DNA from: Macrostomum lignano
Taxonomy: Eukaryota
Assembly (NCBI GenBank): GCA_002269645.1
Contig: NIVC01004412.1
Location: forward strand, 1 to 46,807
Length of the DNA: 46,807 nucleotides
Reading direction: 5' to 3'
Shown here piece by piece: positions 13,436-21,871 of the stretch (position 1 is the first letter of the stretch; each line of letters begins with the position of its first letter). A program made the position numbers and the translations under genes. A model generated the notes under the pieces. That model had not been told where the DNA came from and made no database searches. It saw only the letters and a program-made list of their open reading frames with translations.

Positions 13436-15782
13436 TAGATAGACACTAAGACAGACAGACAGACAGACAGTTTTAATCAATTTGTCGTGTCAATCGAGGT
13501 CAGTCCGTTTGGTTAATGGTTGGGCAGCTTTACTACATCTTATCTAGCGGTAGATACACAGTCAATCAGTCCATCTCCTTCCCCGCAATTGTCCGCACGC
13601 CAGGAGGTGAACAGCAGCGTGTCAATGTTCTGCGAGAATCTCATCAGCGATGCCCTGCCTCTGCTGTTCATGTTCCTGAAAGAGGACGCCCTGAGCCGAG
13701 CCTACTGCCCCAGCCAGTGCCAGGGTGACAACGCCTGCTCCAAGGCGCTGAGCATCGAGGTCAGCTCGAATCAGTGCGCCTACAAGCACGGCGGCAGATA
13801 CGAGACACCCGAGGAGTTCCGCGACATGGCCATGGCGGCCGGCTACCTGCTGCGCTTCGGCCGTCTGCTGCACCAGCACAGCATGAGCCGGTCCAACCGG
13901 CTGCGCGACGACTCCCAGCGGGCCACCGCCACCCGCAACTATGTGCAGCGCATGGAGGGCCGCTTCAAGTACAACGATTACGTCATCATGTACATCTCCA
14001 ATGTCTACCCGGCCAGGCCGCTGTACGAAACCCGACATCCGGTGATTCTGCCGGCTATCGGCGAGTTCCTAGTAGACATGGACTACTTCTGCGACAATCA
14101 TCTGCCGTCCGGCTACGGGGACCGGCTTTTCAAACTGCGCGACAGCCTCATCAACCGGAGCCAGCGAGCCGCCGCCGTTGCCGCTCAGGCCGCCCGGCAG
14201 CCGGCGCTGGAGCCGGACAGCCTGCCGGAGAAGCTGCGGCCATTTGTGCCGACTGAAGATTACTGCGGCATCTGCGGCATGCAGCTGCTGCGCGACGAGG
14301 ACGTCGAACTGGACCTGCCGCAGGCGTCTACCGGCTTCGGCTTGCAGGTAGGCTGGTTCTGTTGGCTGATCAGAGGGGGGGCACTGCAGATACGCCATTT
14401 GTGAGCCTCTAGCGACTAGGATTCCCGGTTGTCGCCCAGGGTCCCGGGTTCGACTCTTGGTCAGGACCGGTGTGAGCTCCTATCGGTTAGAATTTCATTT
14501 AGAGGACCCGGGTTCGAATCCCGGTCAGGGAACCGGTGTGAGCTCCTATCGGTTAGAATTTCATTTAGAAGACCCGGGTTCGAATCCCGGTCAGGGAACC
14601 GGTGTGAGCTCCTATTGGTTAGAATTTCATTTAGACGACCCGGGTTCGAATCCCGTTTTGGGAACCGGTGTGAGCTCCTATTGGTTAGAATTTCATTTAG
14701 AGGACCCGAGTTCGAATCCCGTTCTGGGAACCAGTGTGAGCTCCCATCGGTTAGAATCCCTGCTTTTCAAACCTGTCCCCAGATTCAGGAGTCGAACCTG
14801 AGCACGCTCAGTCGCTCGCTCACCCACAATACCGCTGTTATTGGTGAAGCCAGTGTGCAAGTGGCATGCCTTGTATTTATTGCGCCCTACCTGACCCCCG
14901 CGTCCGCAGGTCAAACTGCCATCGGTGTCCGCCCACCTGTCCTCGGATAATCACCTGCAACGCCTGAACGCATTCAAACGATTTTCCACCTTCATCGCGG
15001 ACTTCCTGGACAAGCAGCGGCACTGGGAGGCAAAAATTGACGAGATTGAGCAAATCTTGAAGACCAGGTCCGGTGTCGGCGAAGTTAGCGACGACGGCCG
15101 CGAAGGCGAAGGTGGTGGCGGTGGCGGAGGCGACGTCCTGCTAGAAGTTCTGCAGACGCGCCGAACCCAGCTAAAGTCGGACATCGACCGACTGGACAAG
15201 ACAATCGACACTGACATCGACAAGCTGGTGTGGGAGCGCTTCAACGTGCACAACAGGAGCCTCGGCCAGTTGAAGGGCAAATTTCACGAAAAGTTCGTTC
15301 GCTACTTTGCTCAACACTTGCCGAAGAATTTCAGCTTCAGCCAGCAGGGCTTTGCCGCTCCTCCAGAGGCTGCCCAGCAGCAGGCGGCTGGCGTTGGCGC
15401 CGTACCGCAAGGCCCCGGCGCGCAGCAGCAGCAGCAGGGCGCCACATTTGAAGACGACGACATGTCGCTGCAATTCGATGCCGACTATTACGACAACAAG
15501 TCATTCCACGGTGTCAAGGACGAATTTACGGAAGTTGTGCGTAACCGGAACCGCAACCGGAACCAACAGCATCGGTTTCAGCGGAGGAACAACTACGGCG
15601 GCGGAGGAGGAGGCGGCGGCGGCGGCGGCGGCGGTCGAAGATTCCCTGCTGGCGGAGGCGTAGGCGGTCGATCTGGAAGATACGGCGGCGGCGGTGGCGG
15701 CGGCGGTGGCGGAGGACCGCGCACTTTTCACAACAGCAATCGAGAACTGCCGCCAAGATTTCGCAAAGCGCAAGGCCAATAA
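11..15782 (+). CDS. TRANK1: TRANK1-like (TPR and ankyrin repeat protein 1 / LBA1): ankyrin repeats + UvrD-like SF1 helicase + TPR region; 13 exons, 5'-incomplete, about 2,490 aa in window
   Basis: Exons 11-102, 623-1092, 1529-1996, 2453-3069, 3772-4572, ~5220-5753, 6260-7450, 8004-8300, 9009-9395, 10025-10462, 11583-12146, 13604-14347, 14910-15782, all bounded by AG/GT and joining in frame after three 1-nt corrections. Motifs: WEIECT, Walker [82 protein letters not shown], recognised as TRANK1-family sequence. Confidence 0.9.
130..600. repeat. 27-bp minisatellite (TRANK1 intron 1)
   Basis: Unit approx gggatagacggaaccggaagtagtttt. Confidence 0.9.
623..1092 (+). CDS. TRANK1: TRANK1-like exon 2 (contains frameshift near 973)
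   Basis: ttatttctgcag acceptor, gtgagt donor at 1093. 470 nt = 471-1; frame of ORF 674-985 switches to frame of ORF 910-1113. Confidence 0.75.
1164..1400. repeat. 21-bp minisatellite (intron 2)
   Basis: Unit caggatgtgagattctcttat, about 11 copies. Confidence 0.92.
1529..1996 (+). CDS. TRANK1: TRANK1-like exon 3, ankyrin repeats
   Basis: ccag/gac acceptor, cag/gtgagc donor. [21 protein letters not shown] and [15 protein letters not shown] are ankyrin-type motifs. Confidence 0.85.
2030..2395. repeat. Degenerate tandem repeat (intron 3)
   Basis: Recurrent ttatccc...cgatcggaatcctcattatcccc. Confidence 0.6.
2453..3069 (+). CDS. TRANK1: TRANK1-like exon 4 (acidic and Gln-rich; frameshift near 2835-2862)
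   Basis: Polypyrimidine tract + aag acceptor, acg/gtgagg donor. 617 nt = 618-1; ends in the conserved LDWEIECT. Confidence 0.8.
3452..3750 (-). mobile_element. tRNA-derived SINE with MetaSINE-like core, in TRANK1 intron 4
   Basis: Minus strand: B-box GGTTCGATTCC (about 3704-3714), core gtggccttgagcaagacacttaactctgcattg...cagttcacccagctgta, and (TTA)n tail near 3452-3463. 5' head truncated. Confidence 0.65.
3772..4572 (+). CDS. TRANK1: TRANK1-like exon 5, Walker A of SF1 helicase
   Basis: cctacag acceptor, ctg/gtgcgt donor. GRSGTGKTT from 4447; MMKFY and IDLPFRVT segments. Confidence 0.9.
4600..5005. repeat. 22/27-bp minisatellite (intron 5)
   Basis: Core cagtcatcagtgggtcata. Confidence 0.9.
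5220..5753 (+). CDS. TRANK1: TRANK1-like exon 6 (alternative in-frame start at 5244)
   Basis: [14 protein letters not shown]...[19 protein letters not shown]...[10 protein letters not shown]; donor aag/gtgagc. Two in-frame AG acceptors are possible. Confidence 0.85.
5805..6080. repeat. 32-bp minisatellite (intron 6)
   Basis: Unit aactgaactgaaggtcatctagatttggtcat. Confidence 0.9.
6260..7450 (+). CDS. TRANK1: TRANK1-like exon 7, helicase motifs II-V
   Basis: ctcag acceptor, aag/gttaga donor. [27 protein letters not shown]. Confidence 0.92.
7523..7985. repeat. 23-bp minisatellite (intron 7)
   Basis: Unit tctacccgctctacccaaattag, about 20 copies. Confidence 0.92.
8004..8300 (+). CDS. TRANK1: TRANK1-like exon 8, helicase motif VI (not in ORF track)
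   Basis: ttcacag acceptor, cag/gttagc donor. 99 codons: [11 protein letters not shown]...[20 protein letters not shown]...[10 protein letters not shown]. Confidence 0.9.
8330..8900. repeat. 21-24-bp minisatellite (intron 8)
   Basis: Unit approx cacaaccagctacagaggggg. Confidence 0.92.
9009..9395 (+). CDS. TRANK1: TRANK1-like exon 9, TPR-like
   Basis: ctcaag acceptor, agg/gtgagc donor. [11 protein letters not shown]...AAKCY...AAKCLE TPR-like helices. Confidence 0.88.
9455..9960. repeat. 23-bp minisatellite (intron 9)
   Basis: Unit gatgattctggtagatagcgggt. Confidence 0.92.
10025..10462 (+). CDS. TRANK1: TRANK1-like exon 10, TPR-like
   Basis: ctgcag acceptor, gag/gtaaat donor; in-frame helical sequence with GC-rich codon usage. 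Confidence 0.85.
10465..11545. repeat. 24-bp G-rich minisatellite (intron 10)
   Basis: Unit atgctggagggtggggaattctcg. Confidence 0.92.
11583..12146 (+). CDS. TRANK1: TRANK1-like exon 11
   Basis: ctcccgcag acceptor, tcc/gtaagt donor; in frame. Confidence 0.82.
12172..13470. repeat. (CAGA)n microsatellite with CACTAAGA interruptions (intron 11)
   Basis: Directly visible, about 1.3 kb. Confidence 0.95.
13604..14347 (+). CDS. TRANK1: TRANK1-like exon 12 (includes YCGICG)
   Basis: cgccag acceptor, cag/gtaggc donor; in frame. Confidence 0.8.
14405..14760 (+). repeat. 66-bp tRNA-Glu-like tandem array (intron 12)
   Basis: About 5 units, each with ggttagaatt...cccgggttcgaatcccggtcagggaa; B-box motifs near 14447, 14511, 14577, 14643, 14709. 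Confidence 0.75.
14910..15782 (+). CDS. TRANK1: TRANK1-like terminal exon with Gly/Arg-rich low-complexity tail
   Basis: tccgcag acceptor, stop TAA 15780-15782. AATAAA at 15778-15783 overlaps the stop; another AATAAA at 16707-16712. Confidence 0.8.
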   Translation, partial: VKLPSVSAHLSSDNHLQRLNAFKRFSTFIADFLDKQRHWEAKIDEIEQILKTRSGVGEVSDDGREGEGGGGGGGDVLLEVLQTRRTQLKSDIDRLDKTIDTDIDKLVWERFNVHNRSLGQLKGKFHEKFVRYFAQHLPKNFSFSQQGFAAPPEAAQQQAAGVGAVPQGPGAQQQQQGATFEDDDMSLQFDADYYDNKSFHGVKDEFTEVVRNRNRNRNQQHRFQRRNNYGGGGGGGGGGGGGRRFPAGGGVGGRSGRYGGGGGGGGGGGPRTFHNSNRELPPRFRKAQGQ

Positions 15783-16084
15783 ATCTGCGACACTGACAGT
15801 TTAGCAGTGATCGACTGCGCTGAGGACTGCTGACTGAATGCTGGATTTGATGCTCCATTTAATGTCCTTTTCTTCCTGCACTGAGCCCGTGCGGCCAGGC
15901 CATTCTTTCATTGGTTTTTACTAATCTATGTTTATTTTTTATATCGATAATTCCCCTTTAACCCTACAGTATCTGCATGCTGCGTTTGCCCATGTTGAAG
16001 GTCAGCATGCGCCAGCTCCAGCGCTGCTGTTAAAAGGATGTAGTTTTGTGGGATTGTGGGTCCCGTCTGTATTTTCTGACCTCT

Positions 16085-16143
16085 CAGATTGTCTGTCTCA
16101 GTGTCTGTCTATCTGTCTGTCTGTCTTAGTGTCTGTCTTAGTT

Positions 16144-16198
<55 letters not shown>

Positions 16199-16302
16199 TG
16201 TCTGTCTGTCTTGGTCTCTGTCTCAGTGTCTGTCTGTCTGTCTGTCTGTCTTGTCTGTCTGTCTCAAGTGTCTGTCTATCTGTCTGTCTGTCTGTATGTC
16301 TC

Positions 16303-16337
<35 letters not shown>

Positions 16338-16340
16338 TAG

Positions 16341-16383
<43 letters not shown>

Positions 16384-16390
16384 ATGTCTC

Positions 16391-16421
<31 letters not shown>

Positions 16422-16424
16422 TAG

Positions 16425-16469
<45 letters not shown>

Positions 16470-16554
16470 TGTCTGTCTGTCTGTCTTGTCTGTCTGTCTT
16501 GGTCTCTGTCTCAGTGTCTGTCTGTCTTGTCTGTCTGTCTCAAGTGTCTGTCTA

Positions 16555-16597
<43 letters not shown>

Positions 16598-16600
16598 TAG

Positions 16601-16633
<33 letters not shown>

Positions 16634-16660
16634 TAGCGTCTGTCTGTTTGTCTGTCTGTC
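16085..16660. repeat. (TCTG)n microsatellite, reverse orientation of the CAGA family
   Basis: Contains TCTTAGTG, the reverse complement of CACTAAGA. Confidence 0.95.
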
Positions 16661-17304
16661 TTTCTCCGCCCGGCTGTCTCTTTCCTACTTGCCTGCTATC
16701 AATTCCAATAAATCTTTTTGACCTTCGTTGCAGACAGAATGAGTTTTGATTTCTCATCCGCTTTTTTCTATTTTAAACTTCTAGCTACTAGCTAGAAACA
16801 AAAGAGAAACAAAAGCAATGAAAGGGCAGCTGGTCGAGGCCCGGCTGTGCACTGCACCGGCAGTCTGAGTGGCCTCAACAAAGTTGCATAGTCGTCACGA
16901 TTCAATGTAAATATTTTCAGCTAATTGTTAATCTTTTAGCGTGTAATTAATTATCTTAGCGTTTATACGTTTAAATCGGTGCCAAGATTATGGTGAAGCT
17001 TATGCTAAAATGCCGATGCTGCTCTGCCTCTCATTCATTCATTTCCCAACTGTACTCTCATTTTTTCCGGTGTTTTCGCTCGTTGGTTTTTTGTGTTTCG
17101 CTCACTGTTGCGGTCCAACGTTGAATACCCCCTTCCCATTGAAGTTGTGCGCTAATTTCAATAAATAATATTTTTGTCTGGCTGGCTTGGCGTCAGGCTG
17201 ACTCGGCTGTAATAATCTCTTGTTTAATCCCTGTGCAGACCGCCGCTCTCTGACTCGCTTTTTCTATTGGACTAATCATGGGGCACGCACGCTTTCCTCT
17301 TTTG

Positions 17305-17925
17305 TCTACCCGCCACCATCTACCCGTCACCATCTACATGTCCCCATCTACCCGTCCCCCATCTACCTGTCCCCATCTACCCGTCACCATCTACCTGTCC
17401 CCATCTACCCGTCACCATCTACCCGTCCCCATCTACCCGTCACCATCTACCTGTCCCCATCTACCCGTCACCATCTACCCGTCACCATCTACCTGTCCCC
17501 ATCTACCCGTCACCATCTACCTGTCCCCATCTACCCGTCACCATCTACCTGTCCCCATCTACCTGTCACCATCTTCCTGTCCCCATCTACCCGTCACCAT
17601 CTACCTGTTCCCCATCTACCCGTCCCCCATCTACCTGTTCCCCATCTACCCGTCCCCCATCTACCTGTTCCCCATCTACCCGTCCCCCATCTACCTGTTC
17701 CCCATCTACCTGTCCCCATCTACCTGTCCCCATCTACCTGTCCCCATCTACCTGTTCCCCATCTATACCTGTCCCGCATCTACCTGTCCCCATCTACGTG
17801 TCCCCATCTACCTGTCCCTATCCGCTTGTCCCCATCTACCTGTCCCTATCCACTTGTCCCCATCTACCTGTCCCTATCCACTTGTCCCCATCTACCTGTC
17901 CCTATCCACTTGTCCCCATCTAGCC
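17305..17925. repeat. C-rich 14-bp-based minisatellite
   Basis: Units ccccatctacctgt / caccatctacccgt. Confidence 0.9.
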
Positions 17926-18300
17926 TACCACAGCAGCGTGAACTGGTGTACTCGCTCACTTTATGAGTGTCATTGACCTTTGAAATAAAAAGTTAATGCC
18001 TGCGTTGCTCCGTCCCTGTGCAGCAAAAAATCGTCGGGGGGGTTGGCGTAAATCTCCCCCTTGTAGTTTTGTTAATCAGCCCTCCCGTTCCTTGCTTTAC
18101 CTCTGCAAAACTAAAAAGACTTGTCTATGGCGGAACCAACCCTTCTACATGTAGTTCTTTCTAGCTGAAATAAACTTTTGAGCTCAAAGCGTTCGTCGAG
18201 GAAGATTCGTGCTCGGGGAATTTCCATTTCCATCGGCAACGGAGTTCGAACGAAGCAGCTCGGTGGAACCAGAGCTGAGCGGCTGTTTGAAGCAGCTGGA

Positions 18301-20809
18301 ATGCCATTTTGCCAGCCTGCCTGCTTTTGCTTTTTTCTGCTGCTGGCCTGCATGCTGATCAGCCCGACTCTGCAGCAGAGAAGGGCGCCGATCACCTGCT
18401 ACAATGCCACCAAATTTGCTGATCCCCGTGGCAACATGACCTGCGAGGATGGAGTCAACACCTGCTACGAATATGTGTATGGCTACCACGGAGTCAGCCA
18501 CTTGGTAGGGCGCTGCTCTGATCCCCTCGAATCCCTGCTCTCACTGCACTGATCCCCTCGAATCCCTGCTCTCACTGCACTGATCTCCTCAGACCCCTGC
18601 TCTCACTGCACTGATCCCCTCAGACCCCTGCTCTCACTGCACTGATCTCCTCAGATCCCTGCTCTCACTACACTGATCCCCTCAGATCCCTGCTCTCACT
18701 GCACTGATCCCCTCAGATCCCTGCTCTCACTGCACTGATCTCCTCAGATCCCTGCTCTCACTGCACTGATCCCCTCAGACCCCTGCTCTCACTGCACTGA
18801 TCTCCTCAGATCCCTGCTCTCACTGCACTGATCCCTCAGACCCCTGCTCTCACTGCACTGATCTCCTCAGACCCCTGCTCTCACTGCACTGATCCCCTCA
18901 GATCCCTGCTCTCACTGCACTGATCCCCTCAGATCCCTGCTCTCACTGCACTGATCTCCTCAGACCCCTGCTCTCACTGCACTGATCCCCTCAGATCCCC
19001 GCTCTTATCTAGTACATAATACGCTGTCTTGAAGAGAGCCTCAAAGCCCCTGCGCTAACGTATGTCGCGCCACCGACCGAATCCAAGCGCCGAGTGCCTG
19101 TGGGGTGCCTGCAGCGTCATCGGCAGCTGCAATTTCACCGGCTGCGGGCAGTACGGCTCGACAGGGTTGATGTAGTCGGCCAGCTGGAGTTGCCGACGGC
19201 GCAACAGATCGCTTAGGCGGACCAGGTCCGCGAGGCGGTGGAGTGCCGCGCTGGTGACTCCCTCGTCGCCGATCTTTTGAAGGCGGCCTCTGGTAGTCAG
19301 GAGGGTCTCAGACTGAAGGCAGTCCTGTGCAGATACTCGCGGGCGTCGGGAACCAGACCGCCGAGGTAGACGAACTGTTGAAATCGCAGCCTCGATGTCG
19401 TCTTCTGTGTACAGTTGAACATCAGGCCGACACCTCCATCCCCACATCCCAACTCGCAGCACTGATTCTCAATGATATCCCAGCTCACTCAGCACCGATC
19501 CTCACACTACGGACACCCCGCAGACGTACACGGCGGGCTGCGGCGGCCGGATCAAGGCCTCGTACAGCGGTGCCAACGGACCAGTGGATGAGTACATCTC
19601 CAACTGCCACGGCAAGGATCTCTGCAACCAGAAGCTGTGGAAGCGGCTGCATGCAGACTACCGCTTCTGCCTCCACGCCAAGGTCTCCCGGGTGGAGCCC
19701 ACCGAGTCCGTGATCTGCCCGCCCGGCGAGCACCGCTGCTTCTACGAGAAGTCCGCCTCCCGCCTGCCGGTGAGCCTCTGGACTTCTATATTGGCATCCG
19801 GGAGACATTGTTTGCTCGTAACATTGAAGGTCATGTTTTCTATTGAAATAAATGTTGGCCATGATCCCCTTAGACCTTAGTGACATTGTAGGTCATTTTT
19901 TCCAATGGGATAAGTGCTGGCCATGATCCCCTTAGTGACATTGTAGGTCATTTTTTCCAATGGGAATAAATGTTGGCCATGATCCCCTTAGTGACATTGT
20001 AGGTCATTTTATCCGATGGGATAAGTGTTGGCCATGATCCCCTTAGTGACATTGTAGGTCATTTTATCCGATGGGATAAATGTTGGCCATGATCCCCTTA
20101 GTGACATTGTAGGTCATTTTATCCGATGGGATAAGTGTTGGCCATGATCCTCTTAGTGACATTGTAGGTCATTTTATCCGATGGGATAAGTGTTGGCCAT
20201 GATCCTCTTAGTGACATTGTAGGTCATTTTATCCGATGGGATAAATGTTGGCCATGATCCTCTTAGTGACATTGTAGGTCATTTTATCCGATGGGATAAA
20301 TGTTGGCCATGATCCTCTTAGTGACATTGTAGGTCATTTTATCCGATGGGATAAGTGTTGGCCATGATCCTCTTAGTGACATTGTAGGTCATTTTATCCG
20401 ATGGGATAAATGTTGGCCATGATCCCCTTAGTGACACTGTAGGTCATTTTAGGATAACTGAAGGTATAATCTCATTGATTCAAGATTATTGTCATTCTAT
20501 ATTATTTTCCCTATCTTAAGGGGATTCTGCAGGTCGCGCGCCCCATCTGCCCCTCTGCAGTTTTTCAACGCCGGCTGCGGCCCCTGCCCGGCCTACACCT
20601 TCAACTGCACCATCTGCCACGCCGACGGGGTCTGCAATGCCACCTCTGGCGGCAGCATCCTGCACGATGACCCTCGGTCTGTGCAGGACTCCGCTGCGGG
20701 GATCGGTCCCGGCCTCGCCACCACCGCAGCGGCCGCCCTGGCCGCTCTGTGCTGCCGCCTGTTCGCCTCTGTGGTCCTAGTTCCTCATGCTCAATTCCCC
20801 ATTATCTAA
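18301..20809 (+). CDS. Two-domain Ly6/uPAR (three-finger fold) protein, signal peptide + predicted GPI anchor, about 232 aa
   Basis: Exons 18301-18504, 19524-19769, 20561-20809, both introns phase 0. Signal-like MPFCQPACFCFFLLLACMLISP; domain 1 ITCY...CED...CYE...GCGG...NCHGKDLCN; domain 2 FCL...CPP...CFY...GCGPCP...CTICHADGVCN; hydrophobic tail SAAGIGPGLATTAAAALAALCCRLFASVVLV; four N-x-T sequons. Confidence 0.8.
18535..19000. repeat. 31-bp minisatellite (Ly6 intron 1)
   Basis: Unit ctgatcccctcagatccctgctctcactgca, about 15 copies. Confidence 0.92.
19055..19400 (-). mobile_element. Degenerate 3' fragment of an RTE-like LINE ORF in Ly6 intron 1
   Basis: FQQFVYLGGLV and LRRRQLQLADYINPVEPYCPQPV parallel RFTYLGGLV and LRRRRLQLAGHVIRAEGYCPQPV of the LINE at 27762-28470. 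Confidence 0.7.
19855..20450. repeat. 55-bp minisatellite (Ly6 intron 2)
   Basis: Unit gccatgatccccttagtgacattgtaggtcattttatccgatgggataaatgttg, about 11 copies. Confidence 0.92.
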
Positions 20810-21400
20810 TTCCCCATTCCCTAATTCCACATTCCCTAATTCGCCACTCCTTAATTCCCCCATTCCCTAATTCCCCATTCCCTAATTCCCCAGTTCCTCA
20901 TTCCCCAGTCCCTAATTCCCCATCCCCTAATCCCCAGTTCCTCATTCCCCAGTCCCTAATTTCCCATTCCCTAATTCCCCATTTCCTAATTCCCCATCCC
21001 TAATCCCCCAGTTCCTCATTCCCCAGTCCCTAATTCCCCATTCCATAATTCCCCATTCCCTAATTCCCCATTCCATAATTCCCCATTCCCTAATTTCCTA
21101 TTCCCTAATTCCCCATTTCCTAATTCCCCATTCCCTAATTTCCCATTCCCTAATTCCCCATTCCCTAATTCCCCATTCCATAATTCCCCATTCCCTAATT
21201 TCCCATTCCCTAATTCCCCATTTCCTAATTCCCCATTCCCTAATTCCGATTCCCTAATTCCCCGTTCCCTAATTCCTCTTTCTCTAATTTTTTTATTGCT
21301 TTATTCCCTATTCCTCAACTCTCTATTCCCTAATTGCCCATTGCAAAGCTCACTATTCCTTAATTCCTCATCCTAAATTCCCTATGGATAATTTCCCGTC
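20795..21400. repeat. 15-bp CCCTAA-containing minisatellite
   Basis: Unit ttccccattccctaa, degenerating toward the 3' end. Confidence 0.88.
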
Positions 21401-21871
21401 ACAAATTCATGCTCCCCCAATGCTTCGCACAAAAAAATAGTTAAGTAGTAACATTCTGATTCCCCTCAGTAGATAGAGCTACTGAATTTCATTTGCTACT
21501 TAAACAAGCTTAGAAAATTTTCATATTCATAGCTTCAACAGTCAAAAGCCTACAGTATGCTTAGCCCATACTAGGTTTTTCAGCAAGGTTTTCCCTTCAA
21601 AAGTAACGAAAAAATTGATTTAGCTTGTAGCTGCCGGCGTAAACGCAGTCTTCACTACCACACTGTACTGTCTCGCACCTGCGCTAATGAACTCTCGTAC
21701 GCTCTTGTAATCAAAACTGTGCTCGACTGGGTCTTTTGGATTATTTTTAAAGTAAAAAGTGAAAGTGGAAAATACAAGCACCAGTCGTTCGCGGCATGAA
21801 TGACTAAACTGATGAATGATTTTTTACAATTGCCTCAAATTTAAAGTATTTCTCTGCAGTAGATTAAAAAC

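Noticed and set aside
14405-14760. Functional tRNA genes
   Set aside because: Only the T-arm and 3' acceptor half is retained; the 5' acceptor strand and anticodon arm are missing or degenerate.
12164-16757. ORFs of type (CLSV)n and (DRQT)n
   Set aside because: Translations of the (CAGA/TCTG)n microsatellites.
19055-19462. Nested antisense protein-coding gene in Ly6 intron 1
   Set aside because: Matches the C-terminal part of the RTE-like LINE ORF, so it is a transposon remnant.
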